From assembly GCA_036479435.1 (NCBI GenBank), contig JAZGFI010000268.1, forward strand, positions 1-48,010: 48,010 bases of DNA. The letters run 5' to 3'. This DNA comes from Planctomycetota bacterium (GTDB lineage: Bacteria; Planctomycetota; GCA-002687715; DRQF01). Shown here one piece after another: positions 20,467 to 28,852 of this stretch (within the stretch, counting starts at the first letter, position 1; each line of letters begins with the position of its first letter). The translations under genes and the position numbers were made by a program. Under the pieces are notes generated by a model. The model did not search any database and was not told the origin of the DNA. It saw only the letters and a program-made list of their open reading frames with translations.

Positions 20467-20688
20467 GGGGAGGAGGGCCTTAACGCGAATTCCAGCCCAG
20501 CTGGCTTTGGGGGGCTCCAGGACCTCCGCAAAGGGGCTGAAACCGCGTGAATTCTGAGTCTCGACCCAGGCGAGGAACCATAAGTGAAGGTCTGCTTTGA
20601 GGCAAGAGTCGTGGAAGCTCGCTTTTCTTGGGGGGACTCGAGTTCTATAGTGTCGGCGGGTTCACAAACCGAGAACGGAACGCAGGCC

Positions 20689-21102
20689 TTGCGCACTCAT
20701 AAAACCGAAGTTCGAGTACGCTACGCCGACACCGATCAGGGGGGAGTGGTCTATAACGCCAACTACCTCGTGTTCTTGGAGATTGGGCGCACTGAGCTGA
20801 TGCGTTCCATTGGCTGTCCCTATGCGGAACTCGAAGCCCGCGGCTTGGTCATGCCGGTTTTCGAAACCCAGCTCAAGTTCAGGAGCCCTGCGGTCTACGA
20901 CGATTTACTGGTCGTAGCGACCGAGCTGACGGAACTTGGGCGGGTGCGGATGCGCTTTGACTCGAAAGTGATGCGGGCGTCAGATCGATGCCTGTTGGCG
21001 GAGGGATACGTTCGTCTCGCTTGCACGAACGGAAAGGGTAAGCCGGTTGCTATTCCGGCGGACGCCTTGGCCTTGATGAAACAACATTTGCTGCGTGGAT
21101 GA
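20689..21102 (+). CDS. Acyl-CoA thioesterase (YbgC/FadM, 4HBT family)
   Basis: VRVRYADTDQGGVVYNANYLVFLEIGRTE, PAVYDD; TTG start inferred. Confidence 0.88.
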   Translation: MRTHKTEVRVRYADTDQGGVVYNANYLVFLEIGRTELMRSIGCPYAELEARGLVMPVFETQLKFRSPAVYDDLLVVATELTELGRVRMRFDSKVMRASDRCLLAEGYVRLACTNGKGKPVAIPADALALMKQHLLRG

Positions 21103-21212
21103 CCCAATGGGCGTCGCCGTGCCAAAAGACCTCAAAAGGGTGACGAAGAGCAGATTTTCGGGAAGTCGCGGAGATCGCTGTCGTCCATCCGACAGATTCG
21201 AAGGGGGACCTT

Positions 21213-22169
21213 ATGTCCAGATTGCTCAGTTTGCCCGCATCTAATGCCCTATTGGGACTTAGCCTTGCTTGTTGCCTCATCCTGACCTCTTGCGCAACGC
21301 CCAAGGATTCTGATTCCGGCGGCGCCATGAATGATGAAGGCGGAGCAGGGATGAGCAACACGACTCAGCCGGTTAGCTCGAACGCCACGCAGTTTATGGG
21401 AGGCGTCACTCACGCGCATACCGAAAGGCGTCTCCAGCTTGAGCGATCTTTGGATCAATGGTGGCTCGCCTTTGAAAAGCAGGAGTACTCGAAGTCGGAC
21501 GGTCTAGCGACCGCCCTTGAGCAGTTCGTCAACAAACACTACGACGAAGTCGTCTCCGACCTCAAAGCCTCAAGCCCGCGCTTTCGCCGCGTCGCGGCCG
21601 CGGGTCTTGGTTTTAGCGGCAAAAAAGAAGCCGTTGAGCCCTTAATTGTGACCTTGCGGGATAACGATGTTGGCGTGCTGCCGGCAGCCCTATTGTCTCT
21701 GCGCCAACTCGCGATCAATGGCGTCGACGTGCCGTCGGCCCCAGTCATCGGCCTCTTGTCGCAGAGAAACCCCGATGTACGAAACAACGCCTCGATGGTC
21801 TTGGCCCATGCCGTCAAAAAGGGCGAAGGTGAGCTCTACCTGCCTTTGACTTCCGCCATGGAAGACAAAGAACCCGGTGTTCGCCTCCACATTGCGGCTG
21901 CTCTAGGACGTCTTGGCGACCCTGCCGCAATCCCATTCTTGACCAAAGCCCTCAACGATGAGTTCGCCTTGGTGCGGGTTCGTTCGGCCTTGGCCTTGGC
22001 TCGCATTGGTGACAAGCGCGCCGTCCCGAGTCTCATCGAAGCCGTCGATGACCCGCAACCCGACGTTTCCCGGGCCGCCCACAAGGCCCTGCAAAGTTTG
22101 ACGGGCCGCAAGCTGGACCGTCGCAAGGAAGCCTGGGACGAGTACCTATCCAACAAGAGCCAAGAGTAA
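21213..22169 (+). CDS. HEAT-repeat lipoprotein
   Basis: Lipobox LTSC; repeats VR..AA.ALG..GD..A.P.L..AL.D. Confidence 0.85.
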   Translation: MSRLLSLPASNALLGLSLACCLILTSCATPKDSDSGGAMNDEGGAGMSNTTQPVSSNATQFMGGVTHAHTERRLQLERSLDQWWLAFEKQEYSKSDGLATALEQFVNKHYDEVVSDLKASSPRFRRVAAAGLGFSGKKEAVEPLIVTLRDNDVGVLPAALLSLRQLAINGVDVPSAPVIGLLSQRNPDVRNNASMVLAHAVKKGEGELYLPLTSAMEDKEPGVRLHIAAALGRLGDPAAIPFLTKALNDEFALVRVRSALALARIGDKRAVPSLIEAVDDPQPDVSRAAHKALQSLTGRKLDRRKEAWDEYLSNKSQE

Positions 22170-22182
22170 CCTGAAGCCGTCG

Positions 22183-24417
22183 CTACATCATGCTCGTGGG
22201 ATCGCGATCAATAAGGACCTGTACTTTTTTATCGGATCGTAGGTCACGCTCGGCCAGTTCGAACAAGGCCTCCAGGTGGTGGTCTTCTTCGGCGCGGACG
22301 ACGAGGTGATAGCGGTAGAGGTTTTTGAGAAACGAGATGGGGGCCGGGGCCGGGCCCCTAATTTCGTAGGCGCCAAATAGCGAACCCTCGTGGAGTTTGG
22401 CGGCTATTTTTTCGGCCTTTTTTTGTACCTGCGATTCATCGAGTGCTTGAACGATGATGCGCAGTAGTTTTCCGAATGGCGGATACATCATCTCGCGGCG
22501 ATGTCGCAGCTCTTCCGCCGCGAAGGCCGGGAAATCGTGACGTGCTGCGGTCACAAAACTGTAGTGGTCTGGCGTCCAGGTCTGGATGATGACCCGACCT
22601 GATTTGCGTCCACGACCGGCACGTCCGCTAACTTGAGTCATCAGCTGAAAAGTACGTTCGGCGGCACGGAAGTCGGGGAGTAGCAAGGACGAGTCACCCG
22701 CGACGACGCCAATGAGGGTGATCCCCGGAAAATCCAGGCCCTTTGCCACCATTTGAGTGCCGATCAAGATGTCGATCTCTTCGGCCTTTAGCCGCCGGTA
22801 CATTTCCTCATGGGCGTTTCGCTGCCGCATTGATTCGCTATCCATGCGGGCAATGCGTGCCCCGGCAAACAACGTTCGTGCGGCGTCTTCGACGAGCTCG
22901 GTCCCAAAACCCTGAAACTTGATATCTCCGTGACCACAGTCCGGGCAGCGGCTGGGGGGATTCTCAACGGCGCCGCAGTGGTGACACAAAAGACGGCCGC
23001 TGCTCTTATAGAAAGTCATGGGCACGTCGCAGTGACGACAGACTTTCGAGAAACCGCACTCCCGGCACTTGATTGCGGTGCGAAATCCACGGCGATTCAA
23101 AAACAACAGGGTTTGCTCCCCGCGGTCTAAGTTCCTGCGCACAAGGCTGATGAGGAGCGGTGAAAACACCCCTCCGGGCCCAGTCGTCTTGTTCGAGCGT
23201 AAATCAATGCAAGAGACTTGAGGCATGGGAGTCTTGGAGATGCGATTCGGCATCTCCAAACGAACGAGTCGACCCCGTTCAGACGCTTCCCAGCTCTCCA
23301 AACTAGGAGTTGCAGAGCCTAATACGACCACTGCGTCCTCCATGGCGGCTCGCATCATGGCCACATCGCGGGTGTGGTAACGCGGGACGTTTTGTTGTTT
23401 GAAAGTGCCCTCGTGTTCCTCGTCGAGGATGATCAGACCGAGCTTGTCCAGTGGCGCGAAAACTGCGCTGCGGGGGCCGATGGCGATGCGCTTGCGACCC
23501 TCATTCAGATCATTCCACTGGCGGGCCCGTGCGGCGTCGGTGAGATGAGAATGCAAGACCGCGACGGTCCCAAAGCGCGACTCAAAACGCTCGAGAGTCT
23601 GTGGCGTTAATGATATTTCGGGGACGAGGACAATGGCGGATTTTCCTCGGGCCAAACAGTGCTGAATCGCGTCGAGGTAAACCTCGGTCTTGCCGCTTCC
23701 GGTGACCCCAAAGAGCAAAAACCCGACATGCTTTTCGGCGGCAACAGCCTCGCGGATAGCCTGGGCAGCTGCGGCCTGGTCGGGTTCTAAAGCTGGTGCG
23801 GTTGTGGGGCTGATCTCAAGCCCCGAAAACACCGCTTCCTGAAGATCCTCCCAGCGCAGCTCTATGAGCCCCTTTTTGACGAGGGTTGAGACCGGAGAAA
23901 CGCTCGCTTGTGTCAGTCGAAGCACGGTCTGGCGGGGGAGGCCGTCCTCCTCTTTGGCGACGAGCTCCAAGATTTCTTTTTGTTTGAGGGTCTTTTGTCC
24001 CTTGGGCCAGGCGGCGAGTGCCTCGCTTGCCGCCGGCTGGATCGCGTGCAACACGGCAGTCCGACGGCTCCCCGCGCCCCGTTTGACTCCGGCGGGAACA
24101 AAGGCCGTAAGGGCCTCACCGGGTCCGCAGAACCAGCGCTTGGCGATGTCTTGCGCGAGCTGAAGCGCGTGAGGGCTCAACAGGGGAACGGCGTCGAGAA
24201 CTTCCTGCACATCTTTAAGCGCGTATTTGCCTTCGGCCGGCGCCTTCGATTCGCTCTTTAGCTCGAGGACAAACCCCACCAGCGATCTGGGGCCAAAAGG
24301 TACGCGCACTCGACAGCCAGGTCTAATCCCATCGCAAAGTGCCTCAGGAACCCGATAGCTAAAAGCATGACGAATGGGTAAATCGAGTGCGACCTGCGCA
24401 ACAACTCCATCAGTCAT
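22183..24417 (-). CDS. priA: Primosomal protein N' (replication-restart helicase)
   Basis: GVTGSGKTEVY, DEEHE, SATPS, NRRG, four CxxC pairs, GTQMVAKGLDFP, QVSGRAGR. Confidence 0.97.
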   Translation of the reverse strand: MTDGVVAQVALDLPIRHAFSYRVPEALCDGIRPGCRVRVPFGPRSLVGFVLELKSESKAPAEGKYALKDVQEVLDAVPLLSPHALQLAQDIAKRWFCGPGEALTAFVPAGVKRGAGSRRTAVLHAIQPAASEALAAWPKGQKTLKQKEILELVAKEEDGLPRQTVLRLTQASVSPVSTLVKKGLIELRWEDLQEAVFSGLEISPTTAPALEPDQAAAAQAIREAVAAEKHVGFLLFGVTGSGKTEVYLDAIQHCLARGKSAIVLVPEISLTPQTLERFESRFGTVAVLHSHLTDAARARQWNDLNEGRKRIAIGPRSAVFAPLDKLGLIILDEEHEGTFKQQNVPRYHTRDVAMMRAAMEDAVVVLGSATPSLESWEASERGRLVRLEMPNRISKTPMPQVSCIDLRSNKTTGPGGVFSPLLISLVRRNLDRGEQTLLFLNRRGFRTAIKCRECGFSKVCRHCDVPMTFYKSSGRLLCHHCGAVENPPSRCPDCGHGDIKFQGFGTELVEDAARTLFAGARIARMDSESMRQRNAHEEMYRRLKAEEIDILIGTQMVAKGLDFPGITLIGVVAGDSSLLLPDFRAAERTFQLMTQVSGRAGRGRKSGRVIIQTWTPDHYSFVTAARHDFPAFAAEELRHRREMMYPPFGKLLRIIVQALDESQVQKKAEKIAAKLHEGSLFGAYEIRGPAPAPISFLKNLYRYHLVVRAEEDHHLEALFELAERDLRSDKKVQVLIDRDPTSMM

Positions 24418-24546
24418 GGGCTTGAGGTCGCAACAATGTCATGTGGTATGTGCGTTCTTTTTTTTCGGATTTTGAGGCCATCAAGAAACACCTACCGACT
24501 AAGCCACAGTAAATGTCATGGGTAAGGCAGGGCCTTGATGTGGTGA

Positions 24547-24828
24547 TTAGGCGCACGAGCAGGGAATGTCATGGCACTTTGGGCAGCCTTCGGCGTAGCG
24601 GGCCGCGACTTCCTCCATCTTGATGCCCTTGATGCTGGCGAGGCTCGATAGCCAAGCCAAAACGTCTGAGAACTCTTCAATGAGGTTGTCCCGGTCGTCC
24701 CCTTTGAGGGCCCGGGCCAACTCTCCGACCTCCTCTACGAACCACATGAAGGTGCCGTCGAGGCCACGGGAGGAGTCTTTTTCGAAGTAGGTGCGCTCGA
24801 TGAGATCTTGGAATTCACGAATCTGCAC
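24547..24828 (-). CDS. Small MazG-like nucleotide pyrophosphohydrolase
   Basis: EEVGELA..EEFSDV and C-terminal CPKC..PCSC. Confidence 0.85.
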   Translation of the reverse strand: MQIREFQDLIERTYFEKDSSRGLDGTFMWFVEEVGELARALKGDDRDNLIEEFSDVLAWLSSLASIKGIKMEEVAARYAEGCPKCHDIPCSCA

Positions 24829-24858
24829 GGGGTGAAACTCCGGCGCGGGGATAAAGAG

Positions 24859-26424
24859 TCAGCTGAGACGACGCAGGCTGACGAGAGTGATGTCGTGCTC
24901 GCCGGGCTCTTCGGCGAGATGAGCTTCGATGCGCTGGTGTAGCTTTTGGGCGACTCTGTCGTCTTTTTTCCCCATGACGCTTTTCGCCGCTTTGTAAAAG
25001 CGCTGTTCGCCGAGGGCCTCTCCAGAGTTCAGATCCAAAGACAAGATGCCACTGGTTCCAATTAATAGGGTATCGCCCTTTTCGAGGATGACATGGGCCT
25101 CTTCGATGCTGGAGTCGAAGACGGGTCCTTTGTCGAGTCCCATCGCGATCCCGGGCGGGTGGGTCATGTTGAGTTGATCCCTTGTCGCCACCAAGCTCAA
25201 CGCGGGTAAGCGATGACCGGCGCTCGCGATCGTCACACTGCCATCCCGAGCGTCGTAGATCGCATACATCGCGGTGACGTACATGCCGCGCCGCAAGTCT
25301 GGCGAAATATTGGCATTGATCTGTTTGAGCACTTCGGCGGGGGCAAGTTTGTGGGCTGGCAATGAACGCAGCGCACTTCTGGCCATGGCCAACACGAGTG
25401 CCGCGGGTATGCCCTGTCCACTCGCGGTCAACAGCAACAAGCCGGTGCGTTGCTGGTCGAGCGGCATGAAGTCAAAAAGATCACTCGAGATTTCGCTCGC
25501 AGGCTGACAGCTCGCGTCCACGATGGCACCCGGAATCTCGGGCATGGTTTTGGGAAACAGGCGAGCTTGAATCTCTTGGATGATCTGTTCTTGGTGTTCT
25601 TTGGAAACGAGTTCTTCTTTGAGCTGAGCCCCCTCCGCGAGCCCGTGCGTCATCTCATTGATGGCGTCCGCAAGGGTGCCGATCTCGTCGCTGGAGGTGG
25701 CGCGGGTGCGGTGCGTAAAATCGCCGCGGGCGACGATTTGAATGTCTTTTACCAAGGTATGAAGCGGACGCGTGATGACGCGTGCGACCCAAAAGCAAGT
25801 GAGGACGCCCAAGATTGTGCCCAGGGTGCTAAACACGATGATTCGGTTCAATAGTGAACTGAGTTCGTCTTCGATGACGGTTTCGGACAAGAAAACTTGG
25901 ACGTTTCCGATCTTCTGCATGCCCCCGCCCGGGCGACTAATGCTTCGCTTGAAGGATCGGTAGCTGAAGGTCCCGTGGGAGCCGACGGACATGCGCCCGC
26001 GGTGAATGGTCGTTTCTCCTACGATCCGTTCCTCGCCGGAATCGGAAATGCTGAGTTCGTCAGCGCCGGTGGCGGTCGCGATCAAAGACAGCTTGCCGTC
26101 GGTACCCGACTCGAAAATTGCAACTTCTCTTACCGGTACATCGCCTTTGAGCATGTCGCTCAAGCGCGCTTGGTTGTCCGCGTTGTGCCAATCTGGCGCG
26201 GCCAAAGAGGAGGCGGCAAAAACGCCCGCCGAGTCAATTGATTCGTTGAGCGCGCGTTTGGTTTGGGAGTAGTCGTTCCAACCCTGTATGCCGACGATCA
26301 GAACCATCACTAGGCTTACGGGTAAAGCGAACTTGAGACCGATGCCCGATCCCTTTTTTCGGGGCCGACCGCCCTTCGAAGATGTGATCGTGCTGCTTCG
26401 CGATCGGGTGGTCGTTCTGGGCAT
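24859..26424 (-). CDS. Membrane sensor with HAMP and SpoIIE/PP2C-like domain (degenerate active site)
   Basis: Two TM helices, HAMP (ITRPL..DEIGTLADAINEM), QEIQARLFP, MYVTAMYAIYD, SAGH.P, GIAMG; metal-binding Asp motifs altered. Confidence 0.85.
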   Translation of the reverse strand: MPRTTTRSRSSTITSSKGGRPRKKGSGIGLKFALPVSLVMVLIVGIQGWNDYSQTKRALNESIDSAGVFAASSLAAPDWHNADNQARLSDMLKGDVPVREVAIFESGTDGKLSLIATATGADELSISDSGEERIVGETTIHRGRMSVGSHGTFSYRSFKRSISRPGGGMQKIGNVQVFLSETVIEDELSSLLNRIIVFSTLGTILGVLTCFWVARVITRPLHTLVKDIQIVARGDFTHRTRATSSDEIGTLADAINEMTHGLAEGAQLKEELVSKEHQEQIIQEIQARLFPKTMPEIPGAIVDASCQPASEISSDLFDFMPLDQQRTGLLLLTASGQGIPAALVLAMARSALRSLPAHKLAPAEVLKQINANISPDLRRGMYVTAMYAIYDARDGSVTIASAGHRLPALSLVATRDQLNMTHPPGIAMGLDKGPVFDSSIEEAHVILEKGDTLLIGTSGILSLDLNSGEALGEQRFYKAAKSVMGKKDDRVAQKLHQRIEAHLAEEPGEHDITLVSLRRLS

Positions 26425-26432
26425 GAGTTCCT

Positions 26433-26888
26433 CTATTTGGCCAGGTACTGAACCAAGATCGAAAGGGGCAGCGCAATCAATCCTGCCGCCACATCATCAT
26501 AGACCACGCCGCGTCCGCCCGGCAACTGCTCGAGCTTTCGAACCGGGCCCGGTTTGGTCATGTCGAAGAGCCGAAAGAAAAAAAATGCGGCCAAAAGGCC
26601 CACCCAGCCGGGGTTTTCAAAGCGGAGGCAAGCGATCCAAATCCCTGCTCCTTCGTCCAGGACGAATTTTTGAGGATCTTTGAGGCCGCTCGACGAGATC
26701 ATGCGATCGGCGAGGCCGGGTCCAAATAGAGTAGCGGCGACCGCCAGAGCTAGGGTGGTCGGGGCGTACCAGGGATCGGGCAAAAAAGCGATGACCATAA
26801 GGGCCACGAAGGTGCCGCAAGTGCCGGGCATGATCGGTGAGAGGCCAGAGCCGAATAGGGTTCCTAAGACGGTGGAAAGCTTGGCCAC
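26433..26888 (-). CDS. pgpA: Phosphatidylglycerophosphatase A
   Basis: GSGLSPIMPGTCGT, KDPQKFVLDE, FRLFDMTKP, GGRGVVYDD; GTG overlapping the pgsA stop. Confidence 0.92.
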   Translation of the reverse strand: MAKLSTVLGTLFGSGLSPIMPGTCGTFVALMVIAFLPDPWYAPTTLALAVAATLFGPGLADRMISSSGLKDPQKFVLDEGAGIWIACLRFENPGWVGLLAAFFFFRLFDMTKPGPVRKLEQLPGGRGVVYDDVAAGLIALPLSILVQYLAK

Positions 26889-27493
26889 TAGATGTCCTGA
26901 GCGCTGAAGCTCTTGGACGCTTGCGCCACGTACAGGGCGCCTGAATAGAGGGTGAGGCCCACCGTGGCCCAAATACAGATGTGAGTGCAGATGTTGACCC
27001 AGGATGGGATGTCGGGCGCAAACGCCACCACGCCAAAGAGAAAGCCGACCAAGATACTCTGGACGACCATCTTGATCTTACCCGGCATCTCCGCCCCGAA
27101 TTCGATTCCCTTGCTCTCCATATAGCCTCGAATTCCCGTCACCAAGAATTCGCGGAAGAGCACTAAGGCAACCATCCATGGGTGAAGGTAGTAGGTCGTT
27201 TCTGCAAATCCCAAAAACAAGACGAGACTACCGCAGACAATAATCTTGTCGACGAAGGGGTCGGCGATGCGGCCAAATGCCGTCACGGTGTTGTCGCGGC
27301 GAGCGATGTAGCCGTCTAACGCGTCCGTTACCGTCGCGAGGGTGAAGAAGCCGAGGCCAATCCAGGCGGCGAGAGTGCGGTGGTTGTCTAGGCAGCTGCC
27401 CTCGGCGATCAACACTAAGATTAGCGAGGAAACGAAAGCAATGACGAGTCGGCCCAGGGTCACGCGATTGGCAAGATTGAAAGACGGTAGCAT
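26888..27493 (-). CDS. pgsA: CDP-diacylglycerol--glycerol-3-phosphate 3-phosphatidyltransferase
   Basis: NLANRVTLGR, TDALDGYIARR..VTAFGRIADPFVDK, REFLVTGIR, GKIKM. Confidence 0.93.
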   Translation of the reverse strand: MLPSFNLANRVTLGRLVIAFVSSLILVLIAEGSCLDNHRTLAAWIGLGFFTLATVTDALDGYIARRDNTVTAFGRIADPFVDKIIVCGSLVLFLGFAETTYYLHPWMVALVLFREFLVTGIRGYMESKGIEFGAEMPGKIKMVVQSILVGFLFGVVAFAPDIPSWVNICTHICIWATVGLTLYSGALYVAQASKSFSAQDI

Positions 27494-27511
27494 GGCTAGA
27501 CTCAGTTTGGC

Positions 27512-28828
27512 TTAGATGATGGTAGCTTCAAGGTCGTAGGCGGATGTTTCGGTGACGCGGGCTTGGACGAGCTCTCCCGGCGCGACGGCACGACCAGTAA
27601 GGTGTACGGAACCGTCAATCTCGGGTGCATCTGCAAAAGAGCGGCCGCGAGCTTTTCCGTCGTCGATTCCGGGGTCTTCGACCAAGATTTCCAAGTCGCG
27701 GCCCAAAAAGCGTGCGTTGTTTTCCTCGGCGATTCCGCGCTGCAAGGTCATGAGGCGATCGAGGCGTTCTTGCTTTAATTCCTCCGGCACGGCGTCTTCA
27801 AGATCGAAGGCAGGACTACCTGGCTCGGGTGAGTAGGGGAACGCGCCTAGGCGATCGATGCGGTGCCTATCGACGAAACGCATGAGATGCTCGAAGTCGG
27901 CATCGGTCTCGCCGGGGAAGCCGACAATGAAGGTCGTTCGAATGACCAGGTCTGGCGCCCGGCTGCGGAGCTTCAGCAGCAAGTCTTCGACCTGTTTCTC
28001 GCTGCTCTGACGGCGCATGCGTTCAAGGACGCGGCCCGAACTGTGTTGTAGGGGCACATCGAGGTAGGGCAGGACCTTGTTGTCGGCGGCCAAGATTTCG
28101 ATCAAGTCGTCATCCACTTCTGTGGGATAGGCGTAAAGCAAACGCGTCCAATGCAGGCCATCCGTTTCTGAGACGGATTGCATCAATTCGGCGATGCGGC
28201 GCTTCCCGTAGAGGTCGATGCCATACTGCGTCGAGTCTTGAGCTACGACGTTGATTTCTTTCGCCCCAACTTGGACCAGCCGCCGCGCTTTGTCCAAGAC
28301 GTCGTCAAAAGCCAGGCTTCGCATTCGGCCGCGGATACTCGGGATGACGCAGAAGGTGCAGTTGTGATTGCAGCCCTCCGAAATCTTGAGATAGGCGAAG
28401 TGCGCCGGGGTGAGGCGCGCTTGCACATAGTTGCCGGGGCGGACGAAACCGGTCTTTGACTTGTTGACGTCCGGAATGATCTCGTCGATCATCTCGGGAA
28501 GACGAGCGTAGTCTTTGAAGTCGATGAGGCGGTCGATGTCGGGAACGGCGGCGTGGATTTCTTTGGCGTAGTTGCCGACCATGCATCCCGTTACAAAGAC
28601 GGCTTTTAAGCCGTCAGCTTTTAGTGCGCAGGCACTGCGGATGGCATTGAGTGATTCTTCGCGGGCTGAACCCAGAAACCCGCAAGTGTTCACCACGACC
28701 AAGTCCGCGTCGGCGGGGTCCACGACAACTTCGATGCCGTGCGAAAGGAAATCGGAGACGATCCCCTCGGAGTCCACTAAGTTCTTGGGGCAACCCAAGC
28801 TAATCATCGAAACGCGTCTGTTAGCCAA
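27512..28828 (-). CDS. rimO: Ribosomal protein S12 methylthiotransferase
   Basis: SLGCPKNLVDSE, VNTCGF, AYLKISEGCNHNCTFC radical-SAM motif, DAPEIDG, TRAM-like C-terminus. Confidence 0.96.
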   Translation of the reverse strand: MANRRVSMISLGCPKNLVDSEGIVSDFLSHGIEVVVDPADADLVVVNTCGFLGSAREESLNAIRSACALKADGLKAVFVTGCMVGNYAKEIHAAVPDIDRLIDFKDYARLPEMIDEIIPDVNKSKTGFVRPGNYVQARLTPAHFAYLKISEGCNHNCTFCVIPSIRGRMRSLAFDDVLDKARRLVQVGAKEINVVAQDSTQYGIDLYGKRRIAELMQSVSETDGLHWTRLLYAYPTEVDDDLIEILAADNKVLPYLDVPLQHSSGRVLERMRRQSSEKQVEDLLLKLRSRAPDLVIRTTFIVGFPGETDADFEHLMRFVDRHRIDRLGAFPYSPEPGSPAFDLEDAVPEELKQERLDRLMTLQRGIAEENNARFLGRDLEILVEDPGIDDGKARGRSFADAPEIDGSVHLTGRAVAPGELVQARVTETSAYDLEATII

Positions 28829-28852
28829 AGTGGACTCCTGGGCCTCTCAATC

